Below are positions 12,855-25,947 of a stretch of DNA of 64,000 bases, piece by piece; within the stretch, counting starts at the first letter, position 1, and the number at the start of each line of letters is the position of its first letter. The stretch is from NCBI RefSeq assembly GCF_000143415.4, contig NW_003314347.1, positions 457,438 to 521,437 on the forward strand, written 5' to 3'. Source of the DNA: Selaginella moellendorffii. Its lineage: Eukaryota > Plantae > Lycopodiophyta. Made by a program: the position numbers and the translations under genes. The notes beneath the pieces are model-generated. The model saw only the letters and a list, made by a program, of their open reading frames with translations. It searched no databases and was not told where the DNA came from.

Positions 12855-14429
12855 ATGGGGAGAGCTCCTTGCTGCTCCAAAGTTGGACTCAATCGAGGTC
12901 CCTGGACGCCGGAAGAAGACATGCTACTCACCAAGCACATCGAGCAGCACGGCGAAGGCAACTGGCGGGCACTTCCAAAAGCCGCAGGTCGGTCGAGATT
13001 TGAATTCTTCCAAAGTTCCAAAAAGTGTGATCTCTGATCTTCGATCTTCCTCTCTTCAGGACTCCTGCGCTGTGGAAAGAGCTGCCGGCTGCGATGGGTG
13101 AACTACCTCCGACCAAACGTGAAAAGGGGCAACATTTCGGAGGACGAAGAAGATCTCATCATAATGTTACACGCTCTTCTGGGCAACAGGTGATACACCA
13201 CCCACCAATTCTGTCCCGATTCAATCCGATGCGGTGGCGGCAGCGAAATCGGTGCGCTTGGGCACCGTGATCGCGCCGCGCTCGCATCTGGGCTCTTTGC
13301 AAAATCGTGTTTTGATCCCCAATTCCCCGGTTTTGATGAATGCAGGTGGTCGCTCATCGCGGCTCGGATGCCCGGGCGGACAGACAACGAGATCAAAAAC
13401 TACTGGAACACGCACCTGAGCAAGAAGCTGGCCAGCCGGGGATTGGATCCCAAGACCCACAAGCCCCTCGTCGCCAAATCCTCGCCCAATTCCCCGACCA
13501 AGAAGGGGGATGACAACTCCAATTCCCCCTCGTGCCACAGCAGGGGCGATGATCCGCAGGAGGCGTGGGAGACGACCATGGATTTGGACACGAGCTCCTA
13601 CAGCACTGGCTCGTGCGAGGAGTCCTGCGACGATCGCGACCGGCGCACAGAGTGTCAACCGCCCAAAGTGTGTGCTCGATTGCACAGGAAACGCAAAATG
13701 CCTGTTCTTGGGGACCTTGCCAAGGAGAAGAGTGCCTCCCCTGTTTTGAGCGCAGGCAAAATTGGTGGCGGAGCCACAGAATCATCATCGCTATCAGTGG
13801 GGCAGGAAGAAGAGCGAGAGCAAGATCTCCAAAACACCACCAAGTTTAACTACCCATCGCCTTCCTCGGTCTTCAATCTTTACTCTCCCTCGCCCTCGCC
13901 CTCCAATTCCCACTCCGCCTCCGCCTCCAACTGCGATTCGCCGACAACAATCTCCAAATCCAACACCGCCAGCAGCTCCCAGGATCTTGGCCAAGCTCCT
14001 CCGCTTGTGAGCACCAGTCAACACACGGTGGACTGGAACGATCACGAGCAGCAATTCCAGCTGCGCAGTCAAGTCCAGATGCTCGAGTTCATCGACGATT
14101 TCCTGCTGCGAAAGGATGACGTGATCGTCGCCGGCGGGGATTTGTTCAAGGAGGATTGTAGCGGTGATCAGTTTTGGGACTCGCTGGGAAAGATCGAGCT
14201 CCCCGACTGTTCTTCCGTGTGCCAATCCGATTTGTGGGATGGTCTCACAGAATTCGCATCCAATTCCACCACGCAAGTGGTGCCACCTTCCTCCTCTCCC
14301 CTTCCAGTCGCGGATGGGATCCTCCCCATGATCATCGCCTCCACATCCCCCTCTAATTCTTCTTCCTCGTCCTCCTCGCTTGCTGCCACTCAGGTGAACT
14401 TCCTCCACGACGAGCTCCTCTTTGGCTAG
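12855..14429 (+). CDS. R2R3-MYB transcription factor; exons 12855-12987, 13060-13189, 13346-14429
   Basis: [60 protein letters not shown]; canonical 133/130-nt exon pattern. Confidence 0.95.
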
Positions 14430-17422
14430 TCGTGTACATACATATATATCCCTCTCGCTCGCTCACGCAACCATCTCCCTCTATCTTTTCGTCCTTGATC
14501 TTCTTCTCCTTCTTCGTCTCCAAGATCTCTTTCATTCCTCCCTGTACATTGTACGATTTTGTGGAGTCACCGAGGATCAATCTCCGGGCGATCAACCAAT
14601 ACTGCTGCTAACGGTTTTTCATTTCACGCTTGTCTCTGCCTGTGGGTCATTACATACGTCTACGTAGATAGATACAACACAGCTCTAAAGGGAGGAGGGA
14701 AAACCCAAAATCTCCCAAAGCAACAAAGCAACGTTTCACAAAAACAACAGCAACAAGTTGGCTGGAGGTAACAAAACAAGACTGAAGATCTTTTGGTCAT
14801 GTTCTTGTGCATTTGCAAGTTGCAAGCTACACACAATAGATGGAACACTTTAAAAGCAGAGAATTCAATGAGAGACACAGATTCGATGGGTCGGGAGCTC
14901 TGGCAAGATCTTTGATCTCAAGTTCTCAACGTGGTGGTCGTTTCTTGTGTTTTCTTGTTTCGTCGGCGACAATTACATGATGTTTCATTCAAGATCTTTT
15001 AGCTGGGCATTCCAAGGAAGAAGCTCTAGTGCTGTTTTCTTGTACAAAAGCTCTAAGTTGTCTAAACTAAAATCGAAGTGGGTTTGTTGATGGATGTGGA
15101 ATAAAAACTTTGCTTGCTCCTTGTGTGATGATGCGGTTTACATCACCCGGGATGTATTGCAAGAGGACTCTTGCTCACGCACACTTCGCCACGGAGGTGG
15201 TGGCAATATAGTTTCCATGATTGGCTTTGCTGGGAAAGTGTGTGAACCTCTCGATCACATCGGTGAATCGCGAGATTGGGCTTGATCGAGATTGGGACCC
15301 CGGGTTGTCACTGTGCTACTGGCCCTTGGATCAACCTGAGTGATTGATTGCGATGTGCTTGGTCATGCTGTGATCAGCAAAATGCCTTGTTTGGGCATAT
15401 TTGACAAACAGTACTCAACTTGCGACAGCATTGTGGGGCATTGCGTGCATTGCTGGATCTTTTTGATGCTCTCTTGTACGGTACTTGGAGGAGTTCCATT
15501 CTTCCCCAAAGTTTGAAAGTTTCTCTCCTAGATCGCCCGAGTGCGACAATTTGATCTCCCATTGCGCTGGCCGGGAACTGGAATAATTCAATGATCCAGG
15601 GAGGCATGCGTTCCTGTCTGAACGTAATCGAAGCATGCGGCTCGAGTATTTTGCAAGCTCGCTTGTTGTTTTCCCTTGATGCTCGAGCCGCTCGCTAGTG
15701 AGCTTGTCCATTCCAAACTTTAGTGTTTTTCAAACCTTCAAAAGATTCCACTTCTCCTCTCCTCCTTCGCCTCCCGTTCCCGGTTTTAGAGCGACTAGGT
15801 CCTGGCAATAGGCCCTTGAGCGCCTACTCTACGTGAATAGACATGCTATCTAACACGGACCCGTGGACAAAATAGCTCCAAGGAAATTTCATATAAGCAA
15901 GAAGATCTTTTCTCTTTGCAGCCCAGCTCGGTGACCGGGCGATTGGTGATGTTAACATGCACTTAGAAAGATTGGACTATCCTCCCACGAATGTTATGCG
16001 GTCACCACAAGGACCCTTGAAACTTACACCACTACCTTCCTCAAGGGGCCTTATTTTATGTTCTTGCATGTCTTTTATCGCGTTGTCTCATCCCGGTTCA
16101 CATCTGGGACAAGTTTACGTTCAACACTCATGCTCTCATTCGAATTTTCTTCAAGGCGCCTTATGTTGAACTTGCAGACCCCTGTGCAAAAAGCTGCAGT
16201 GGTTCACATGAAGAAATCAGTTTCTCGCTTCCCGCAAACATTCCTTGGGTGTGCCAGATAAACAAGTCAAGTAGCGGGTTTCGCAACAGTGACAATGTAG
16301 ATAGAATGCCAAATACAACCTTCAATATGAATTTGATATGATCTAGATTCCCTTGCTTCGTTGGTTATCACGTTATTGCTTTATAATAGAAACAAGTTCT
16401 CCATCTCGCTCTCCTGTCTTGTGGGAGGCAACTCAACGTCATTCAACTCGGCCGACACCTCGTAGTTGTCAACCCCAGAATTATTATCAAAATACCCGTA
16501 AGTTGGCGTCATACACATCGTGTTGGGCTGGAGGCTTACACTGTCGGTGTGTACCTTGGCAAGATTCCCAGGTTACTCAACGCTAAACGAAACGGATAAT
16601 ATGCCGCTGCCATCGATACATGTTGCTTGGGCCAGTTTGCAAAGTATATGATTCTTAAAAATCTAAATCAATTGAAGAAAATGCTTGTACCTGTTTGATT
16701 CTTTCGTTCCGTATGTGTATTGCAGCGTTTTCATATAAACATTGAATTTCTTGGCAAGTTCACATTGCTGGCTTTAGAGGAGATCGAGGGCTGTTTCGTC
16801 CATGATTACCTTGCATGCATCATGCTTTGGTGATCAATACTTTGTGATGATTAAAATTGCAGCCACAATGCCAAGCCCATGCCGCACACTATATTTTAAT
16901 AACCCAAAATGCTATAATTCTCATTCCTCCATCCTTGTTGCACCGACACTTAGCAAAGCCTTTTGTGCGCAAAGGCGGTGTGGCACGTAAGCCGCCCCCA
17001 TTGCAACCACTAGAGAAGCAGGCCCAAAAGCTGGAAAAAAGTTTTTTGAGAAGATGATTCCCTCCTTTGTCGAGTCATGCCTGATCGACGATCCACTCTG
17101 GGAATCCATTCGCATTCGCATTAGATTCTCTCCGCTAGCTTTTCATGAATCCCAACAATAGCTCTTTTTCGACCGATCCAGACGTTAGTTTAATACGTCC
17201 ACAGAAAAGAGAAGATCACTCTAACAGTAAGATCGGCGAAAACGATATGGTATGAAAATTATGAGCTGACCCTCAGTGTGGGGCTGGCCACCTTTGCGGC
17301 CGTTTTTCTTCCTTTCACTCGGAGCAAAACCGTGTTTTTGATACTTTCAACCTTGACGTTGCCGGGTAAAAGGCATTAAGTTCTTTTAAAACTTTTATGA
17401 GGTCAACAGGATTTCAACTCGT

Positions 17423-18677
17423 TTAGAACCAGAGGTGATCGGTGTTGCCGGGGACGATGCTGGATCCTTCCACGCCGCTGCTGTCGATGGGCCTCACAAT
17501 CTCCACGTCCCACGACATATCCGAGTGGAACGAGTCCATGATGAAGCTCGAATCGCCCGTGGCGTCGTAGTAGAAAGCGGGCGGGAAGAAATAATCCTTG
17601 AGGGCGATGCTGCTGTCAGCGGTATCGGATATCTCCGAGTAGCTGTGCTCGGACTGGATCAAGTGGTTGACTCGCGTGCTGACTGGTTGAAGCAAGACAC
17701 CACCTTGCAGCGTTGACGAACATTCTTGCGTTACAACTTGAGCTTTGTCGCCGTCGTCCATGGCCAGCTTCGCCACCTTTTCGTCCTGGTGGCAGCTGCA
17801 TGGCGACGACGACTCATTACTGTCCGTGGGTGGAAAGTTGGCGGACGCGCCGGGCTGATCCAACGGCTGATGCGAGTTTGGGTCGATTCCCATGCCCTGT
17901 AGCTTCTTCTTGAGATGTGTGTTCCAGTGGTTTTTGATCTCGTTGTCTGTTCGTCCGGGGAGCCTGGCAGCTATTTTAGACCACCTATGATTTATGAGTG
18001 AGAGGGATGGATTGATTCACGGGGACCATAAACATACTTATGTGAGAAAAATATATAAGAAAAGAACGGGAGATATATTATCATACCTGTTGCCCAGTAA
18101 AGAATGGAGCTTGACGATAAGCTCGTCTTCTTCTTCGGTGATGTTTCCGTGCTTGAGATTGGGACGCAGGTAGTTTATCCAGCGAAGCCTACAGCTCTTC
18201 CCACAACGACGGAGTCCTGCAAGGATCACACTAATCGTTTAAAACGATGCAACTTGAAAATCAAAGTTTTGGAGTTTATATGATAGCACGAGCCTTCTGA
18301 CCACTTCAAGCGACTTCACGAACGAATCAATCAAAAAACGAGTGCTTTGTTTGACAATGCTGCAAGTTACGACAAAGATACTGCAAACATCAAGCTTGAG
18401 CGGAGTATATAAGGGAACAGGGACGTTCTAACTAGCTACAACGCAAACATGGCTTGTCTAGAGGGAATCTAGCAACCACGAGGAAAATCTCAGAGAATGT
18501 AGAGACAAGGAGTGGAATGAGATTTGGGCGGATCAAACCTGCGGCCTTTGGAAGCGTTCTCCAAGACCCTTCGCCGTGCTCGTTGACATACTGCGTGAGG
18601 AGCGTGTCTTCTTCACGTGTCCATGGACCTCTGTTGAGACCGATTTTCTCGCAGCAAGGAGATCGACCCATCTGCAT
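17423..18677 (-). CDS. R2R3-MYB transcription factor; exons 18677-18539, 18216-18087, 17984-17423
   Basis: [60 protein letters not shown]; 130-nt exon 2. Confidence 0.93.
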
Positions 18678-20269
18678 GGCACCACCAACAAGAAAAAGAA
18701 GAAGAGAAACTAGAAAATGCCTGTGGAAGCTTTGGGAAGAACACAGGATGAAGTTCGACTGGGACGAGAAGAATACGCTGGGTGTTATATACGAGATGTT
18801 TGTTTTAAATCAATGTTTTCCGCTCTGCTGGTCTCTTGAAAATGTTCCTAGCTATGAGATAGATGCTTCAGACACACAAGGGACCAGGACCAAGAAAAAA
18901 TATTCATGAGAAAAGAACAAAGCTTGAATCTTTTGACCCCTCAACGAAAGGAAGCTAAAGACTCGTATAGAGATCTAAAAAACCTGTGCCCTGCTTGTCC
19001 CGCCATGCAAACATCACTCCCTTTCTCGCTCGTTAAATCGCGGTAGGATCTCTCAAGAACATGACCACTATACTGTTGATGACTATCGCTACAGTAGGAT
19101 GGACTTTGTGGCATAGCTTGGGCTGGTGCTCTCCACAGAAGCAGCACGAACTACACAGGAGGAAGAAAGAAAAGGTAGAGAAGAAAGTGAAGAAGAATCA
19201 ATGAAGAAGACGAAGAAAGGAGCTAATTGCTGCTGTCCGTGAAGATGAGTGGAGAGAGCAACTTCAAAGAGCTAAAACTTTCACACGACAAACGGTCAGA
19301 CGGGAAACTGGAGCGATCTGGCACTAGTGCTGCCATTCCAGATCGATCAATGTTGTTTGACAACAATGATCTGACACACACAAGACTGTTTTCTTCATCT
19401 CGGTAGCGCCCTTTCTACTGTTGCACAACAAACTATCGCACAGCCGTGGAAGGGAATAATAGTATATAGAAACCTGTTGTATCTCGTACTCTTGCTCCCC
19501 CTCTATAAATTCTCCATAAACTTAAAGCTTCTTCTTCCAGGCCTAGAGAAAAGTCGGCTTCAAACACGCGGCATGGCCATCTTTTAGTGTGTACTGCACA
19601 GAACTCTCCCTTTCAACCAGGTTTTATAGTTTGCCACTTACTAGGCTTAGGTGGTGGAAAAGAAAAAACTGGAGTATTCCTTCTAACGCAGTGATGTTTC
19701 TATCTTATACTTAAGAACCTTGCGCTGGCTTGAGGAGTAGTACTACGAAGTGGCGTAACGAAAGCAAAGCTTGGACAGGGCAGACTGCCACTGAACACTG
19801 CTGCCACTGCCATCCCCAAATGTGATTCGCGAAAGAGGGTGCCACAGTTCTAAAGAGACTGTCGCTATAGGAGAGCTTACGAGGATGTTGAGATATTGCC
19901 GTAAGTTCCTTCACGCACTTCACAGTGATAGTAAATGCCTCGTGACGGCATCTTAAACTCGTACCGTGGCATCTGCATTGCCAGTTCAAAGATTAAATAG
20001 CCCACAACCAAGAACAAAGCGAAGAAAATAAGAAAAACTCTAAGAACGTTGCTGTCCCTTAAGTTTCTCTGGCCATAAATTCGCTGCTACGATAGCTTAT
20101 ATCCTTTCTACGCTTTAAGTTTCACTGCCGTAGCGGATAGATGTCGTTTGGACACTGTTGACCAGAATTGACCATCGTTGACCCATGGACCGTTGAATGG
20201 TTTGTCCTTGTTGACTATGCTGGGTTCGATTCCTGCGCTGGGCGATATTGCCAGGGCTAGGGTTCTTCG

Positions 20270-20915
20270 ATGCGAGCAGTGCCGATCACGGAGGAGAATT
20301 TCCGGCCTTTTGGCCAGCTCCTGGGAAAGATTGGCGACGGATGCGAGTATGGATCGGGAGACGCGCAGCTCAATCTCGCGAATGGGATTCCCAGGTAGTA
20401 CAGGCAAAATGTGGCCGAAATTTCCAGCGGCTCAGTAGTGATTGAGTGAGTGATGGTTCCTTTGCGCAGATTCTATCTCATGGAGCTCAGGAAAACGGGG
20501 CTGCGATTCAAAAGGATAACGCATCACGCCAGGGTCACGCAGTGTCTGGGATCAGTGGGAGCTCATCCTTGGTACATGGCGGTCTCTCTTCCCAGCATTG
20601 TGGATCCTTCATCGCAACACGAGGGCGCTGTTCGATCCAACGCTGGTGGCCACTACTATTTACCTCCCTCTCATGCAAGCGTCCAGGTTTTCAAGATAGA
20701 TGGTCCTCGCTTCATCAAGCTAAACGAAGGAACTTGGCACGCTGGTCCTCTCTTTGGTGATCGAGATTCGATGGTCTTCTACAACTTGGAGCTCAGTGAC
20801 ACCAACGTAAGATCATTTGATCGAGCTTGTATGACCTTTTTTATGTTCTTTTTATTTGCAGGTTGTGGATCACACTACCCACGTGTTTGAGGACGACGTA
20901 CTGATCGAAGATTGA
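20270..20915 (+). CDS. Ureidoglycolate hydrolase/lyase-like (AllA-type cupin) protein, copy 1; exons 20270-20394, 20470-20806, 20862-20915
   Basis: MRAVPITEENFRPFGQ..DAQLNLANGIPRFY, ITHHARVTQCLGS, KLNEGTWHAGPLF, FYNLELSDTNVVDHT. Confidence 0.85.
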
Positions 20916-21094
20916 GGTACAGAGCCTTGGCATTTCATGTGATATTCGAGCGTGATTTTTGTGCTAGGTGATGGCGAGCTTAAACACTTTTTTGCGTGTC
21001 TAGAAAAGCAAATGGTGGAAATGAAACAAGTTCTTTGCGAGCTAAGAATTTCATGTCCCTTGCCATCAAGTTGTCGAGGAGTTCCTTTTGTGCC

Positions 21095-21480
21095 TCGGGA
21101 CACTGACTAGTAGTTGAAGGATGTACGAAATGAGGCTGATGATCCTGGTCGGAAGAAAATTTACGAACGGGATGACTCCCACAGACCATGGCGTCAACTC
21201 CCTGGTATAAATCTTTCTTAATTGAACTGTAACACTGTTAGAATTCTGTGCAGGGTGCTGATTATGGTCGAAAGCCGCCTGCTTTCTGTCGAACACGAGC
21301 GAGCGGATGTTGAGAGTATTCATGTAATTTGCCTCCTGCCAGTCCAGCTCGCTACTTCCGCCAAGAACTCGGGTTCCCTCAGTCAACAGCAAGATGGAAA
21401 TGTTCCAGAAGTCTTTCTTCTTGATGTCGGTCACAAATTCGAGCGGTGGATGATATCCTTTGAAAGGTTTTGCTGCTCCT
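21095..21480 (-). pseudogene. Diverged fragment of the ARM-gene N-terminal TM region (also at about 27850-28230, 50300-50660, 58525-58890)
   Basis: KDFWNISILLLTEGTRVLGGSSELDWQEANY versus KDFWTISALLLTEGTRVFSRSSELEWQQANY in the neighbouring ARM gene. Confidence 0.75.
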
Positions 21481-21870
21481 GAAACTTCTTCTTCGTGGTT
21501 CTGATTCTAATAATGTAACTTTCGTGACAGCGGAAAAGTACGAACTCTATGCTTGGAAAGTTTCAAAACAGCGTGGAGTGGTGACCACAATTTCAGAAAG
21601 GAGATCTTCTATGAAGTGAAGGAAGCTTTATTTTTCATGTTGATTAATGTTTTCTTTCCTATTTAGAGTTCTGTTAGTGAATTACAATTGCGTGAGCGAA
21701 GTTGCTGCGAGTTCAAATCTCCTATGAAGTAAGCTTCTTCTTCTTTGGATGTTGATTGATTTTTTTCTTTCTTTTTTAGAGTTTACGTGAGCAAGTTGCT
21801 GAAACTGAATTTATATTTTATTCTTGACAGCATGACACATTCGAGGCTCTTTCTTTTGGAAAAGGTGAAG

Positions 21871-24329
21871 CTACCCAGCCCTGTGTAAGTTCAATAGGGC
21901 GCTGTTGACGAGCTCCTCGAGGCTGCTGGAATGCTTGGTAAGTCCCACAAAATCCGAAAACGTTAAGAAGTTTTCTTCGTCTGAGGCAGTCGCTAACATT
22001 GCTCCCAGGGACGCCTCCATTTCACCGTCTTCTCTAAAACGTCGCAAGAACCTGGCGTCCTTTGCCACCAAGCTGTTCAGAAGCTCTACGCTATATCGCC
22101 GGATACGATTCAAGCTCCTAGAAGGTGCTGTGTGGGATAGAAGCTCTGTGAATTTTTCGCAAAGCCGTGATTGTTGCGATAGCACGCCTTGTTCAAAGTT
22201 CCGTCTGTCGAGCCAGGGGATTATGGCTGCTGCCAAACCGATGGCTGCCTGCTGTTCCTTGTCCGTGGATTCCAGCACCATCTGGATGATGCGAGATATG
22301 GCTGCTCCAAGCTCCAACTTTTCTTCGTCGTTAAGGTCACCGCACAAGCTTTGCAAAATTGTGGCTGCATGGACTCCAACTGGCTTGGTGAGCATGTTGA
22401 TCAAGCTCTTGAGGGTCTTGCTAACGCCACCTTGTCTGCAGCTTTTGTGCATGAGGAGCCTCGAGCAATTGTTGGGACACTGGAAAACGAGCACAATTAT
22501 GGCTTCCCCGGCTCTCATGCCACCGGTCAACTGGTCGCTGTTCGGTGCGGTTTCTCTCGTAAATATGGCCATCAAGCTTTGGATAACTCCTCCAGTCGCA
22601 CCAATGCAATCTCTAAGCTCGTCCTCGGTTGCTAGCAGCTTGATCACGTCGACTGCCAGGTCTTGTAGCTCCAAATCTTCGAGATTGCATATCCTTTGAA
22701 GACTTCTTACTGCTGGCACTACCGACACCATCTTCTTTCGCAGAGACCGTCCAGAATCTCCTCGCACGCTAGCCAATGTCTTCAAAAGATCGAGTGATGG
22801 ACGGAATACTTCTTTCGACGTTCGTACTTCGTCTTGGATAAATTCAACCAGGATGGAGAGAAGTCCGCTGGTGTGACCGATTCGCACGCATGTCCTGTAA
22901 TCCACGGCTAGCCCGTTGAGGATAGTGAGTCTGTAGCTCTTTTCTTCTAGCACTTCCTCCTGTCTTTCGGGTAAAAGAGCAGTGAGGGCCTCCAGGGATC
23001 CAGGGATAGCGGAAATCCTGAAGCAGTTATGGCTGTGACGAACCAGGTGCTTGATTACTATGGTTGCAGCTTTCCTGATTTCGGCCTCACTAGGATCCTT
23101 CCAGGTGATCATCTCTAAGAGTCTCTCCACAACTCCGGGCGTGGTACCAATCCTCCGTTGCGTTTCTTCCATTGAATCTCCTTTTGAGACAAGAGCTGAC
23201 AGTATGTTGACGCTACCGAGCTGCTCTTCCCTTATGCTTGACTGCAGCTTCTCGACGGTGAAATCGATAAGGTCCATTCCCAGGCCATCAAACACGCTTC
23301 CGTTCAGCGATCGTGAGTACAATGTGTACCAGTACTGCTTCATGGTTTCAATGTCGTCTTGATCAAGCTCACATGTTCGAGTGACTACTTCCAGCAACCT
23401 CTGGTAACGAAGCTTGAATTCCCAATATGTTCTCTCCAGGAGGAATAGCGACGTTTCTGCCAGCATCATCGCGTAAAACACAGTAAGTGCTTGCTCAGTG
23501 TTGTTTCCTTGGGCATTGAAGCCGTGCTCGGCAAGTCGATATACTGAGAAACATGCGGTGACTGTTGCAGAAGCAAGCTGGAGGAAGTACATGAAAAGGC
23601 TGATGATCCTGGTGGGGAGGAACTTTACATACGCGCTTCCCACGCACCAAATTCTTCTGGCAGCGAATCCCTGGTGTAAATCTTTCTTTACTGGTTTTTT
23701 GGAAAGTCGATCTCTACTCACGTTCTGTTCAGAGTGGTCATGGTCCAAGACTCCAGAGAACTTCTCCCATAATCTGGCGCTCTTGTCGAACAGGAACGAT
23801 CTGAAGCCGAGAATTCCCAAGCTGTAATTTGCCTGCTGCCATTCCAACTCGCTACTTCGACTGAAAACCCGCGTTCCTTCAGTCAGCAGCAAGGCCGAGA
23901 TCGTCCAAAAGTCTTTGGCCGGAATGTTGCTCACGAATCCACCGAGGAGAACAACAGTTGCCCAGACGAAGGCCAGTTTCCCGAGGCCAGTGGCGAACTT
24001 TTCAAGAACTGCGAGCCTGAAAGCTATCAGATTTAGCTGCTCTGGTGATCGGGAATTATTCCTTTCCACTGGAGCTGAAGACTTTAAAAAAGTGGAAAGC
24101 TGCTGCAGCTCTGGAGCTGAAGGCTTGGGAGTGGAAGGCTGCTGCTCGACGTCCGGATGTGGGACGACAACGCACTGGTATTGAGGGTTCAAGTGCTTGA
24201 AGGTGGAGAAGCGAGAGCAGAGCCGGAAGAAGGAACTTGAATGGTTACCTCGTCCGCAAAGTGAACGGTACTCTTGGGGGCACCGGCAGACTGTGCCCCT
24301 TGAAACTTTCTGCTGTTCCACGAATCCAT
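21871..24329 (-). pseudogene. TM + ARM-repeat protein (BLE2/At4g14280-like), copy 1; probably disrupted at the 5' end
   Basis: The long ORF has RLAVLEKFATGLGKLAFVWATVVLLGGF and IRRYSVEL...ENF..FS..VGL. The shared MDSWNS ATG at 24329 hits TGA at about 24190 and is out of frame by a 10-nt indel; the listed ORF starts at TTG. Confidence 0.65.
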
Positions 24330-24697
24330 GTTTAGTGTTCAAGGAGTTCTGGGCATTCTGGGCATTCTGGTGACCGTGGTATTGACGACTTCAAAGCCGC
24401 TTGAATGTCTTTCTCATGTTGCTGGCATAAGCAAGTAAGCTACTACTTTCGTTCTATGATAGCACGAGCCTTCCGAGCACTTCAAGCTACTCATCACGAG
24501 CAAATCTATGATAGCACGAGCCTTCTGAGCACTTCAAGCGACTCGTCACGAGCGAATCAATAAAAAACGAGTGCTTTGTTTGACAGTGCTGCAAGTTGCG
24601 ACAAAGACACTGCAAACATCAAGCTTGAGCGGAGTATATAAGGGAATAGGGACGTTGTAACTAGCTACGACGCAAACATGGCTTGTCTAGAGGGAAT

Positions 24698-24907
24698 CTA
24701 GCAACCACGACAAAAAATCTTAGAGAATGTAGAGACAAGGAGTGGAATGAGATTTGGGCGGATCAAACCTGCGGCCTTTGGAAGCGTTCTCCAAGACCCT
24801 TCGCCGTGCTCGTTGACATACTGCATGAGGAGCGCGTCTTCTTCACGAGTCCATGGACCCCTGTTGAGACCGATTTTCTCGCAGCAAGGAGATCGACCCA
24901 TCTGCAT
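24698..24907 (-). pseudogene. Orphan MYB exon 1 plus partial intron 1 (copy of the 17423-18677 gene)
   Basis: [20 protein letters not shown]...LPKAAG with intact GT donor; exons 2-3 absent. Confidence 0.85.
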
Positions 24908-25947
24908 GGCACCACCAACAAGGATAAAGAAGAACAGAAACTAGAAAATGCCTGTGGAAGCTTTGGGAAGAACACAGGATGAAGTTCGACTGGGACGAGA
25001 AGAATACGCTGGGTGTTATATACGAGATGTTTGTTTTAAATCAATGTTTTCCGCTCTGCTGGTCTCTTGCAAATGTTTCTAGTGAGAAAAGAACAAAGTT
25101 TGAATCTTTTGACCCCTTAACGAAAGGAAGCTAGAGACTCGTATAGAAATCTAAAAAACCTGTGCCCGCCATGCAAACATCACTCCCTTTCTCGCTCGTT
25201 AAATCGCGGTAGGATCTAGAACATGACCACTATACTGTTGATGACTATCGCTACAGTAGGATGGACTTTGTGGTATAGCTTGGGCTGGTGCTCCACAGAA
25301 GCAGCACGAACTACACAGGTTGAAGAAAGAAAAAGTAGAGAAGAAAACGATGAAGAATCAATGAAGAAGACGAAGAAAGGAGCTAATTACTGCTGTCCGT
25401 GAAGATGCGTGGAGAGAGCAACTTCAAAGAGCTAAAACTTTCACACGACAAACGGTCAGACGAGAAACTGGAGCACTAGTGCTGCGATTCCAGATCGATC
25501 AATGTTGTTTGACAACAATGATCTCACACACACACGACTGTTTTCTTCGTCTTGGTACCGCCCTTTCTACTGTTGCACAACAAACTATCTCACAGCCATG
25601 GAAGGGAATAATAGTATATAGAAACCTGTTGTATCTCGTACTCTTGCTCTATAAATTCTCCATAAACTTAAAGCTTCTTCTTCCAAAGTCGGCTTCAAAC
25701 ACACGGCATGGCCATCTTTTAGTGTGTACTGCGCAGAACTCTCCCTTTCAACCAGGTCATATAGTTTGCCACTTACTAGGCTTAGGTGGTGGGAAAGAAA
25801 AAACTGGAGTATTCCTTCTCACATAGTGATGTTTCTATCTTATACTTAAGAACCTTGAGCTGGCTCGAGGAGTAGTACTACGAAGTGGTGTAACGAACGC
25901 AAAGCTTGGACAGGGCAGACTGCTACTGAACACTATTGCCACTGCCA

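Noticed and set aside
13404-13425. miR828-type target site in MYB R3
   Set aside because: About five mismatches; similarity explained by the WNTHLSK codons
15900-17100. Possible small gene between the MYBs
   Set aside because: A few AG acceptors and short ORFs, but no coherent model or recognisable motif
19150-19700. Short ORFs in the repeated spacer
   Set aside because: No recognisable domain, and indels differ between units
21905-22699. 264-aa + strand ORF and its repeats
   Set aside because: Antisense shadow of the ARM CDS; its conservation follows from the duplication
24454-24557. CRISPR-like repeat
   Set aside because: Two adjacent copies without spacers in eukaryotic DNA
24343-24768. 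In-frame MYB exon 1-ARM fusion protein
   Set aside because: No phase-compatible acceptor with a pyrimidine tract was found, and there is an in-frame stop just upstream of the ARM ATG
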